From IMG/VR virus record IMGVR_UViG_3300021400_000397: a stretch of 20,000 nt of DNA. The stretch is one strand, 5' to 3'. Shown in pieces: positions 1 to 7,056 of this stretch; the first letter of the stretch is position 1, and each line of letters begins with the position of its first letter. The notes beneath the pieces were generated by a model, which was not told the DNA's origin, did no database searches, and saw nothing but the letters and a program-made list of their open reading frames with translations. The position numbers were made by a program, and so were the translations under genes. This stretch comes from an uncultured virus (IMG/VR IMGVR_UViG_3300021400_000397). Lineage: Duplodnaviria; Heunggongvirae; Uroviricota; Caudoviricetes.

Positions 1-15
1 CTCCATGCGTGTCGT

Positions 16-675
16 TCATTTGTCCTCCTTCTCGTACGGGTACTCGGTGATGAACTCCGAGTACGGCAGCTTGGCGATGAACTTCTCGCAGAACTCGTGC
101 CACGCCGGGAGCCTGTGGTTCCTGCGCCAGCGCCAAATCTCGATCAGGTTCTCGTAGCTGCACGTCCACGTGATGCGCTCGTACAGGTACGAGTGCGGGA
201 GCATGCGTTTCATCGAGCGGAAGACGCGCTCGGCCTCCTCCGCGTCGCCGTTGGCCTTGGAGCGCTGGTAGATATCCCTCGCCGCGTTCAGCACGGCTAT
301 CGTATTGCCGAGGTGAACGCGCTCGAGAGCCGTCTCGGGGGCCTCGAAGTCGTCACCTGTAAGGTCACGGCTCGTGATTCGGTGCATTGTGCTCGATGAA
401 TCCGCAGTCGTCCCGACCTTGTACGTCGCGAACTCGTGCATGAGGTACGCCGGCATCTTGCAGATGTCGACGATGACACTGATCTGCCGCATGAACTTGC
501 GGTGCGGCGCACCGGCCTTGATGAGCCTGTGCGCGAGCTCGCGGTCGGACTTGCCCACGACAACCAACCACCCGTCGTTGTCGCGCGTGTCGGACTTGTC
601 CCATCCGCTCATCGCGTTGCGCATCCCGCGGAGCGCATGCTGCATGTGCGAAACCTCTATGTTTATGAACTCCAT
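16..675 (-). CDS. Divergent ThyX-like (FAD-dependent thymidylate synthase family) protein, ~219 aa
   Basis: Start MEFINIEV (ATG 675) follows RBS AAGGAGG; alternative ATG at 681. Motifs MRNAMSGWDKSD, GAPHRKFMRQISVIVDI, HEFATYKVGTTADSSSTMHRI, LPHSY and YENLIEIWRWRRNHRLPAWHEFC match a phage family I recognise as ThyX-like. The canonical RHRx7S motif is absent. Confidence 0.7.
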   Translation of the reverse strand: MEFINIEVSHMQHALRGMRNAMSGWDKSDTRDNDGWLVVVGKSDRELAHRLIKAGAPHRKFMRQISVIVDICKMPAYLMHEFATYKVGTTADSSSTMHRITSRDLTGDDFEAPETALERVHLGNTIAVLNAARDIYQRSKANGDAEEAERVFRSMKRMLPHSYLYERITWTCSYENLIEIWRWRRNHRLPAWHEFCEKFIAKLPYSEFITEYPYEKEDK

Positions 676-677
676 TG

Positions 678-986
678 TCATCCCTCCTTGTGTTTCTCGT
701 ACCGTTCGCACGGGAGCCGTCCGCGGTTCGGGCAGGGCGTGGAAAACCCGTCCTTGTCCCTGGCCACGCCGCATCCCAAGTACCACCGATCGGTCCTGAA
801 TACGCGGCGTTGGTGCGGGCACAAGCCGATGTTCTCGTCGTATGCTAGCTCCAGCCGGTATGTGTTCGTATCCTTGTCGAGGACGAGCTGCACCTCGCCC
901 TCCCAGTGCCCCGAGTCGCACGCGGAGTGCAGGGCGTTCTCGAGGTCCTGCGCCTTCGCAGGCAGCGCCGTGAGAACCCTCCTCAT
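678..986 (-). CDS. Hypothetical protein, 102 aa, several Cys in C-terminal half
   Basis: MRRVLTALPAK start overlaps the upstream TGA (ATGA); fills the gap between neighbours. Confidence 0.65.
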   Translation of the reverse strand: MRRVLTALPAKAQDLENALHSACDSGHWEGEVQLVLDKDTNTYRLELAYDENIGLCPHQRRVFRTDRWYLGCGVARDKDGFSTPCPNRGRLPCERYEKHKEG

Positions 987-1282
987 CTCCGCTCTCCCCA
1001 TATCCAGTAGCGCGCCGTCTTCAGCACGTTGGTCTGCGAGACGTCCGCCCCGGGGCCGTACATGACGACCTCGATGCGGTGGCAGACGTTCGTCCCGTAC
1101 CGCGTCCTGGCGCCCCACCCGTAGTGGCGCGCCCTCGCCTCGAGGTCCGCGCACCGCTCCTCCTGCCTCGACTGCCACGCCCACGTCCTGTAGCCGTAGG
1201 CGTCCCCGTTGTACATGTCAACCGTCATGTTGCTCGTGCACCCGCACAGAGCCACTGCCGCAATCGCCGTCAACTTCTTCAT
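983..1282 (-). CDS. Putative small lipoprotein, 99 aa
   Basis: MKKLTAIAAVALCG|C: basic N-terminus, short hydrophobic stretch and lipobox-like LCGC. RBS AAAGGAGG upstream; ATGA coupling. Confidence 0.6.
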   Translation of the reverse strand: MKKLTAIAAVALCGCTSNMTVDMYNGDAYGYRTWAWQSRQEERCADLEARARHYGWGARTRYGTNVCHRIEVVMYGPGADVSQTNVLKTARYWIWGERR

Positions 1283-1704
1283 GTCCGCTTGCCTCCTTTG
1301 CCTGTCTTGTCGTGCATGGTCCAGTACATCCGCTCGTACAGCCACTCGATGATGTACGCGCCGAACTCCTCGTCGTCCGTGTTCATTATGCGCAGGGCCT
1401 CGTGCGTCGCGTGGAACGCCTCGTGCACGAACACGGAGAAGTCCCACTTGGGCATGAGTATGAACACGTCGCCCATGTACTGGGCGGTCGCCCCGAGCGC
1501 CGGGTTGTCCCCGTTGCCGATCGTCCGGTCCCAGTAGTCCGACAGGAACGCCCAGGTCTCCTGGACCGCCCTGTGGTCCGCCGTGAACCCATCGAACGTC
1601 TTCGGGTCGAGGAACAGCCGGCGGACCTCGTCCTTGGCCCCGCAGCACACCACGAAGCCACGGCGCATTAGGCCGCCGTCGAACGCCTTCACGAACGGCT
1701 TCAT
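1279..1704 (-). CDS. HEXXH zincin-like metal-binding protein, 141 aa
   Basis: VFVHEAFHATHEAL followed by DEEFGAYIIEWL (HEXXH plus a downstream E). Start MKPFVKAF abuts the upstream stop. Confidence 0.6.
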   Translation of the reverse strand: MKPFVKAFDGGLMRRGFVVCCGAKDEVRRLFLDPKTFDGFTADHRAVQETWAFLSDYWDRTIGNGDNPALGATAQYMGDVFILMPKWDFSVFVHEAFHATHEALRIMNTDDEEFGAYIIEWLYERMYWTMHDKTGKGGKRT

Positions 1705-1955
1705 CACCGGCCCCTCCCGTAGCACGCCTTCACCTCGGCCTTCGTGCCGGTGCAGACGAGCACGCCGTCGGCCTCGACGCCGTAGACGTGCCGTCCGCCG
1801 TCCTCCTCGTCCTCGAAGAGGACGAACGCGAGCCTGCACCCGCCGGCGGTCTTCTCGTGGATCGTCTTCAGGGGTTTCAGCCCTCTCCTCCGGACGGTGT
1901 CGCCCATGAGGCGCAGGGCCTCCCGCTTGGACTCCATGATCTCGGTGTCCGTCAT
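1704..1955 (-). CDS. Hypothetical protein, 83 aa
   Basis: ATGA-coupled ORF with G/C-rich third codon positions. Confidence 0.65.
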   Translation of the reverse strand: MTDTEIMESKREALRLMGDTVRRRGLKPLKTIHEKTAGGCRLAFVLFEDEEDGGRHVYGVEADGVLVCTGTKAEVKACYGRGR

Positions 1956-2566
1956 GATGCTCCGGCCTCGTCGTACTGCGACGCAAGCATGTCGGCCGTG
2001 TGCGTCGCGATGACCTCGAGCGGGAACTCGGATATGGCGGCGTCGAGGTGTCGGACGTCATACTCCTCGCCTATGCGCCACGCGCCCATGTGGTACACGA
2101 TGCACACCTGCTCGACGTGCGAGATCGGATGCCCGAGGAACTCGGGAGCGAGCATCGCCGAGAGCGTCCCGTGCCCAGGGAAAAGTGGCGTCGCCTTGCG
2201 GAACGAGTTCGTGTACTCCGGGTTTTCCTCGTACGCGTGCACCTTGCACAGGTCGTGGCACATGCCGATTGTGTAGGGCGACCCCGAGTTAGACCACGCG
2301 ATCTTGAGATCTCCGGACAGCTGCAGGAGCCGGTCGGTCACGTTCATCGAGTGTATCGCGAGCCCGCCCTTCACGGCAAGGTGGTGGCCCGCCGAGGCGG
2401 GCGCGGCCAGGAAGCTCGCCACGTGTCCGCTGTAGTTCAGGAGGAGCGCCGGGTTCGCGTCGGCGAGCACGAGGTACTCCGCCGCCCTGTCGACCTGCTC
2501 GTCCGTAAACCACGACAGCCCGTACAGTTCGCGCAGGCGCCTCTTGACCTCTTCGATGTCTACCAT
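1952..2566 (-). CDS. HD-domain phosphohydrolase (YhaM-type HD domain, no OB fold), ~204 aa
   Basis: Motifs APASAGHH, GGLAIHSMNV, CHDLCK, GHG, IVYHMG and HTADMLAS. RBS AAGGAGGT upstream of GTGATG. Confidence 0.85.
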   Translation of the reverse strand: MVDIEEVKRRLRELYGLSWFTDEQVDRAAEYLVLADANPALLLNYSGHVASFLAAPASAGHHLAVKGGLAIHSMNVTDRLLQLSGDLKIAWSNSGSPYTIGMCHDLCKVHAYEENPEYTNSFRKATPLFPGHGTLSAMLAPEFLGHPISHVEQVCIVYHMGAWRIGEEYDVRHLDAAISEFPLEVIATHTADMLASQYDEAGAS

Positions 2567-2775
2567 CACTTCACCTCCTTGTTCTTCGCGCACTGGCGGA
2601 AGAGCTCCGCCGCTATCCTTACCTGCGGGATCAGCTGCTCGAGGCAGTCCCTCTCGCCCTGCGTCAGCCACCCGGACGTTTCCTTGAACCTGTCCCAGTC
2701 CAGCATCCCCGCGGCCGCCGTGGCAATCTCCTCGCACTTGATCGTCAGCGCCTCCTTGGCGAACGCGCTACCCAT
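2566..2775 (-). CDS. Hypothetical protein, 69 aa
   Basis: RBS GGAGGGGG; short overlap with the upstream gene. Confidence 0.6.
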   Translation of the reverse strand: MGSAFAKEALTIKCEEIATAAAGMLDWDRFKETSGWLTQGERDCLEQLIPQVRIAAELFRQCAKNKEVK

Positions 2776-3103
2776 TGGCCACCCCCTCCAGTCCCGGGAG
2801 CATCTGCTGACCCTCGGCGTCCTTGGGCTTCTTCGCCCTCGGCCCGAGCTTCTCCCTGTACGCCAGGTTCACGCCGTTCAGCTTCTCGGCTGCCTCCTCC
2901 GCATGCTGAAGCTGCCCACGGATGTACTGCGACTTCTCGAGGCAAAGGGACAGCAGCGACCGCAGGGACTCCTGGCTGTTCGTGTGCGACGCGTCCATGA
3001 GGACGTCGTGCAGCGAGTCGAACCCGCGGAGCGCGCTCCGGGTGCAGGACTCGACTACGGGAGCGTGCTCCCGTAGCCGGACGATGACTTCCTGCATCTT
3101 CAT
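2768..3103 (-). CDS. Hypothetical helical/coiled-coil protein, 111 aa
   Basis: MKMQEVIVRL start, RBS AAGGAG, ATGA coupling. Confidence 0.65.
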   Translation of the reverse strand: MKMQEVIVRLREHAPVVESCTRSALRGFDSLHDVLMDASHTNSQESLRSLLSLCLEKSQYIRGQLQHAEEAAEKLNGVNLAYREKLGPRAKKPKDAEGQQMLPGLEGVANG

Positions 3104-3501
3104 TTCGCGGGCTCCTTCTTCAGCACGTCCGCGCAGCTGACGAGCACGTCGACGAGGTCGTCCACGGCGTCGACCCATGCGTCGAATATCCGCATCTCCA
3201 CCGTCTTGCACGTGACGAGCCGGCGCATCGCGGCGAGGTAGTCCTCCTGCCTGCCGGGGCCGTTGAGCCCGATCGCGATGTGCGCGACGTAGCCCCTGCG
3301 GGGCTTTCCGTCGCATGTGCCCGTCGTCAGCAGGACCCGGTGCACGTGCATGTTGTCCTTTTCCGTCGACAGCCCCCTGACCGTCTCCTTTATCAGCTTG
3401 GCCATCGCGGACTTCTCCGAGACGGTGGCCTTGTCGACGTCGTCGAACTTGTTCACGAGGTAGCTCGGGTCCCCGAACGCTCCGATGTCCTTCTTGCTCA
3501 T
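3100..3501 (-). CDS. Hypothetical protein, ~133 aa (alternative start 3519)
   Basis: MSKKDIGAF start after GAGGGAG; codon bias like neighbouring genes. Confidence 0.65.
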   Translation of the reverse strand: MSKKDIGAFGDPSYLVNKFDDVDKATVSEKSAMAKLIKETVRGLSTEKDNMHVHRVLLTTGTCDGKPRRGYVAHIAIGLNGPGRQEDYLAAMRRLVTCKTVEMRIFDAWVDAVDDLVDVLVSCADVLKKEPAK

Positions 3502-3515
3502 GGCTCCCTCCCCCT

Positions 3516-3845
3516 TCATACCTCGAGTCCCCAGACCTGGGCGAGCTTCGCCGCGAACACGGCATCGTACACCACGGCCTCGTAGTCCGACACGGCGACG
3601 AGCGCCTTCTCGAACTTGGCCCGGTCGGCCTTGGCGAACCCGACGCCGTACTTGGTCATGAGCCTGTCGAGCTTGTCGAGGAGGCAGCACGTGCGCGGCC
3701 CCTCCGTGAACTCCTCCATGAACTCCGGGCCGACGGCCTTCTTCGCCCTCGCCCTGCGCTTGCGGTCCATCGTCGAGTACGGATAGGCCGCGAGCCACTC
3801 CTTGGTGCCCCACTTCGGGGCGTTAGCTTCCTTCTTCGCTTCCAT
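3516..3845 (-). CDS. Hypothetical protein, 109 aa
   Basis: MEAKKEANAPKWGTKEW start, RBS AAGGAGG. Confidence 0.7.
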   Translation of the reverse strand: MEAKKEANAPKWGTKEWLAAYPYSTMDRKRRARAKKAVGPEFMEEFTEGPRTCCLLDKLDRLMTKYGVGFAKADRAKFEKALVAVSDYEAVVYDAVFAAKLAQVWGLEV

Positions 3846-3876
3846 CTTGCTTACCCTCCTTGTCGGTTGTAAAGGC

Positions 3877-3904
3877 CCCCGGCGGGCAGCAGCGTCCGCC
3901 GGGG
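3877..3904 (-). terminator. GC-rich hairpin; weak terminator or mRNA-stabilising stem
   Basis: 9-bp perfect inverted repeat CCCCGGCGG/CCGCCGGGG just after the stop at 3914. Only a short TTT run follows. Confidence 0.45.
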
Positions 3905-3913
3905 ACGCGGTTG

Positions 3914-4036
3914 TCACTTCTTGCCGGGCTTGCACTTGCCGCCCTTGCATGCCGCATGCGTGGCCTTGGCGGCGGTCGCCGCCGGGACCTTGGTCTTGCC
4001 CGTCTTCTTCACGACGGGGGATTTCTTGGTAGCCAT
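3914..4036 (-). CDS. Probable nested in-frame 40-aa basic histone-H1-like peptide
   Basis: A-rich stretch with AAGGAGAACCAGAA directly before ATG 4036. Peptide MATKKSPVVKKTGKTKVPAATAAKATHAACKGGKCKPGKK has 12 Lys and no Asp/Glu. Confidence 0.5.
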   Translation of the reverse strand: MATKKSPVVKKTGKTKVPAATAAKATHAACKGGKCKPGKK

Positions 4037-4591
4037 TTCTGGTTCTCCTTGTTTTGTTGTGGTTTCCCCCTCGGCCACCATGGCCTCGGGCAGATCGAAA
4101 TACTCCTTGCGGATGCGCTCGACGGCACCCGCGTAGTCGAGGAAGTCCCCGTCGTCCCCGGGGAGCTCGCGCCTGGCCTCCTCGAAATGGGCGGCCTCCA
4201 TGTAGGCCGGCTCGAGCAGGACGCCCTCGCCGATGATCTGCATGGCGTGGCGGACGCCGGCGCGCCCGTCCTTCTCCAGGACGAGCCTCGCCTCCCTCGC
4301 TTTCTCCGAGCACTCCCGCGGCGCGTTCAGGCACAGCGCCCCCTCCTCGGCCCTCTGCAGGAGCCCGACGGCGAACCACAGGTGCGACTCGTAGCCGATC
4401 AGCACCTCGCCGAGGTTTATGTACGCACGGGCCAGGAGGACCTTGGACTCCAGCGGGGACAGGTGCAGAGCGCCATACCGCTTCGACAGGGCGAACGCCT
4501 CCGCGGAATAGCTCAGCGCCGCGCTGAGGTGCTTCACCGCGCACTGCGGGCACCCCGGCGTCATCAGCTCGTCGACGATCTCGAGGCTCAT
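3914..4591 (-). CDS. Helical protein with N-terminal CxxC-x2-KH motif and Lys/Ala-rich C-terminal tail, 225 aa
   Basis: CPQCAVKHLSAA, GYESHLWFAVGLLQRAEE, AAHFEEARRE; ATGA-coupled start with GGAGGG RBS. Confidence 0.7.
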   Translation of the reverse strand: MSLEIVDELMTPGCPQCAVKHLSAALSYSAEAFALSKRYGALHLSPLESKVLLARAYINLGEVLIGYESHLWFAVGLLQRAEEGALCLNAPRECSEKAREARLVLEKDGRAGVRHAMQIIGEGVLLEPAYMEAAHFEEARRELPGDDGDFLDYAGAVERIRKEYFDLPEAMVAEGETTTKQGEPEMATKKSPVVKKTGKTKVPAATAAKATHAACKGGKCKPGKK

Positions 4592-4944
4592 TTCGCCCTC
4601 CTCTCGAACAGGACAAGCGCGTCCCAGTCCCCGGTCGCCGGGTCGCTCGTGTAGAGCGGCACGGAAACGGTCACCGCCCCGTGCAGGAAGTGCAGGTCCT
4701 CCGCGAACGCCTCGGCCTTGCCGAGCCCTGCGTACGATATCCCCGCGGCGACCGTTCCGGACACCCAGGCGGCGAAGCCGCCGGCGTCCGCGCGGAACAC
4801 CTTGCGCACCTGGCCGAAGCCCTCGGCGGACTTCGCAAGCGCCCACGCCTTCGTCCTGCGCTGGCACTCAAACACCTCGCCCTTGCCCGCCAGCACGTTC
4901 TGCTCGAGCCACTCAACGTTGGCCCATGTCGGCTTTGCTCTCAT
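4588..4944 (-). CDS. Hypothetical protein, 118 aa
   Basis: RBS GGAGGAG; G/C-rich third codon positions. Confidence 0.7.
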   Translation of the reverse strand: MRAKPTWANVEWLEQNVLAGKGEVFECQRRTKAWALAKSAEGFGQVRKVFRADAGGFAAWVSGTVAAGISYAGLGKAEAFAEDLHFLHGAVTVSVPLYTSDPATGDWDALVLFERRAK

Positions 4945-5260
4945 TGCTCTCCTCCATCTTCAGTTCGTTCACCCTTCCAGTCGCCGGGACCGTCCTCGCG
5001 GGGGCCGGCAGGTACCTGCTCACCTCGACCGTCAGGCGGCGCGTGGCGACCCTGGCGCCCGTGGGGATCGTGCACCTGTAGGGCTTCCACGCGAACGTGG
5101 CGAGCCCCACGAGGCTCGTCCTCACGTTCCCGCAGACGACCCCGAACAGGGCGTCGAGCACCCTGTCGAGCGTCTCCGCGTCGACCCCCGCCGCGGCGCG
5201 CACCTTCTCGCGGTCGTCGCACAGCGGGTTCCACTTCTTCGTCGGGGGCGCCGGGTTCAC
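4913..5260 (-). CDS. Degenerate HU/IHF-like DNA-binding protein, ~115 aa
   Basis: GTG start coupled to the upstream stop. A helical region (AAAGVDAETLDRVLDALFGVV) is followed by SLVGLATF (cf. HU GFGTF), IPTG (cf. NPxTG) and RRLTVEVSRYL. Confidence 0.45.
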   Translation of the reverse strand: MNPAPPTKKWNPLCDDREKVRAAAGVDAETLDRVLDALFGVVCGNVRTSLVGLATFAWKPYRCTIPTGARVATRRLTVEVSRYLPAPARTVPATGRVNELKMEESNESKADMGQR

Positions 5261-5949
5261 GGGGCCCTCCTCACCGGCGGCAGCCCGCCGTTGGCTATCA
5301 CCATGACGAGCGGCTGCCTGCCGCCCTTCTTGTCGTCGCCCTCGCCGCCCTCGCCGCCGTCGGCGGCGGCGACCTTCCCCGCCTCGGAGAGGCCGAGGAT
5401 GGTCTGCTCGGTCTTGGACGCGGCGGCCCAGGCCTCCGCGCCGGACTTGACGGACGCCTCCCCGCGCTCCATCGCGTCCATCGACTTGTTGCGTATGCGC
5501 CGCGCCTGGTCGAGCTGCTCGTTGAACACCTCGTTGCGCTTGCGGATCCGCGTCTCGGCCAGCTCGAGGCGGGACATCTCGTCCTTGGCCGCCACCTCCT
5601 TGCGCCTCGCGTCCGCCCAGCGGAAGTTCGAGGCCCACATCAGGACCGTGCGCTCGGGGACCTTCACGGCCCTTGCGACGTCGGCCACCTCGCGGCCCTC
5701 GATGATCACGAGGCGCTTGGCCCTGTCGCGCTTCCGGTCGTCGTCGTAGCCCGGGTAGTACTCCGCTATCTCCTGCGGGGCGATGCCGGGCAGCTCCGCC
5801 GCGTTGTCCTCGAGGGCGCGGTCCTGGGCGACCGCCACGGTCGTGTCGGCGACGTGCAGGGCCTCGACCTCGCGGCCGCCGCCCATGTTGACGGTCAGCT
5901 GCCCGATGGGGTTCCCGTACTCGTCGAGCATGGTCTCGTCGGCCGTCAT
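5257..5949 (-). CDS. HTH protein resembling a terminase small subunit (gpP/DUF1804-type HTH plus coiled coil), 230 aa
   Basis: RAKRLVIIEGREVADVARAVKVPERTVLMWASNFRW HTH pattern, then a long helical region. RBS AGGAGGG and ATGA coupling. Confidence 0.5.
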   Translation of the reverse strand: MTADETMLDEYGNPIGQLTVNMGGGREVEALHVADTTVAVAQDRALEDNAAELPGIAPQEIAEYYPGYDDDRKRDRAKRLVIIEGREVADVARAVKVPERTVLMWASNFRWADARRKEVAAKDEMSRLELAETRIRKRNEVFNEQLDQARRIRNKSMDAMERGEASVKSGAEAWAAASKTEQTILGLSEAGKVAAADGGEGGEGDDKKGGRQPLVMVIANGGLPPVRRAP

Positions 5950-6446
5950 GCCACCCTCCTGCGGCAGTACTCCGCCATCAAAAGCGCCTCCGCCTTGCCA
6001 TCGTGCGGCTTCGAGCACCTCGGCGTCCTCCGTAGGTCCACGCCGGGGAATATCCTCTGCGCGACCTCGATGGACGTGTTCTTGTCAGACGTGCAGCTGA
6101 ACTCCTTCTTCCACTTCTGCGGGCGCACGAGTTCGTACGGAATGCGGAACGCCGTCAGCAGCCCGAGTATGAACCCGAAGTTCCTGCCGAACGAGAAGCA
6201 ACTCGTCACGCCCTGGCCGGGCATGGCGTTCACGTGCTCGACCACGCAGAAAACCTCGACCTTCGGCTCGTCCGCAGTCGTGGACGGCGACACGAACCTC
6301 TGCGCAGAGTCTATCCTGCGCAGCTGGTTCGCGTACTCCGTCTCGTCGAACGGAACCAGTATCGGGGCGTCGCGGTACCCGAGTATCGCAAGGCAGCCGT
6401 CCTTCCCCGGGTCAATTCCTATCGAGACCTTCATCATTTCGCTCAT
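5946..6446 (-). CDS. RuvC-like Holliday junction resolvase (alternative starts 6437/6434)
   Basis: IGIDPGKDG, VVEHV, MPGQGVTSCFSFGRNFG, VRPQKWKK and HDGKAEALLMAEY motifs. Confidence 0.85.
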   Translation of the reverse strand: MSEMMKVSIGIDPGKDGCLAILGYRDAPILVPFDETEYANQLRRIDSAQRFVSPSTTADEPKVEVFCVVEHVNAMPGQGVTSCFSFGRNFGFILGLLTAFRIPYELVRPQKWKKEFSCTSDKNTSIEVAQRIFPGVDLRRTPRCSKPHDGKAEALLMAEYCRRRVA

Positions 6447-6476
6447 AGTATATCACATCTCCTTGTGCGGTGTCAA
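6447..6476 (-). promoter_or_regulatory. sigma70-type promoter, copy 1
   Basis: TTGACA-N18-TATACT with extended -10 (TGTGA). Confidence 0.8.
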
Positions 6477-6805
6477 TGGGTAGCTTTGCGCTTTCTTTTC
6501 GCCGGCAGGAACTCGTCGGGGTCCAGGTCGTTCATCACGACCGGCGCCCGGGCCCCTATGTACGGAAGCGAGCGGATGGTGTTGAACTCGATCCAGTCGA
6601 TGGCGTCCTCCCGGCTCCACCTGTTCGCCTCGCACAGCGCCTCCGCCAGCTTGTCGTAGGAGTACACCAGCCTCCCGTCGGTCGTCACGCCGACGAGCCC
6701 GCCGTCGAACTCCGGGCCGTCCAGCAGGACGGTGTCGTCGCCGTACAGCTCGGCCAGGTACTCCCTGAGCGCCTTCCGGCGCGCGTTCATCTGCCTCTTA
6801 GTCAT
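6473..6805 (-). CDS. Conserved phage hypothetical protein, 110 aa
   Basis: The pattern FDGGLVG...VYSYDKL...EDAIDWIEFNT...G.RAP resembles a common phage family of unknown function. Confidence 0.75.
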   Translation of the reverse strand: MTKRQMNARRKALREYLAELYGDDTVLLDGPEFDGGLVGVTTDGRLVYSYDKLAEALCEANRWSREDAIDWIEFNTIRSLPYIGARAPVVMNDLDPDEFLPAKRKRKATH

Positions 6806-7016
6806 TTTCGCTCCCCGGTTTCTCCTCTATGGTAAGCTCGACGAGGTGCAGGCTTCCAAGGTCGCCGTAGGCCCCCTGCTCCTCGTGGTCGCGTTCGTAT
6901 TTGGACGTGAAGTCCTGGTGCATGCTGGCCGACTTGTACTCGACGTCGTCGGGGAGGCCCCGTATCGCCTTCGACAGGAGCGAGCGCAGCTCCTTCGCGA
7001 TTTCCCTCTTGGTCAT
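6798..7016 (-). CDS. Hypothetical protein, 72 aa
   Basis: MTKREIAKEL start, RBS AAAGGAG. Confidence 0.65.
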   Translation of the reverse strand: MTKREIAKELRSLLSKAIRGLPDDVEYKSASMHQDFTSKYERDHEEQGAYGDLGSLHLVELTIEEKPGSEND

Positions 7017-7035
7017 GTTCCGTTCTCCTTTCCGC

Positions 7036-7056
7036 AAAAATAAGCCCCGGCGGCTC
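7036..7056 (-). terminator. Weak intrinsic terminator after the primase-helicase
   Basis: GAGCC-N5-GGCTT stem followed by ATTTTT, overlapping the stop codon. Confidence 0.4.

Noticed and set aside
1952..2566. HD protein as DatZ of a 2-aminoadenine (Z) genome
   Set aside because: The motifs (APAS..HH..GGL..HS, HDLCK, HMG) are YhaM-type, and no purZ or mazZ is in the window.
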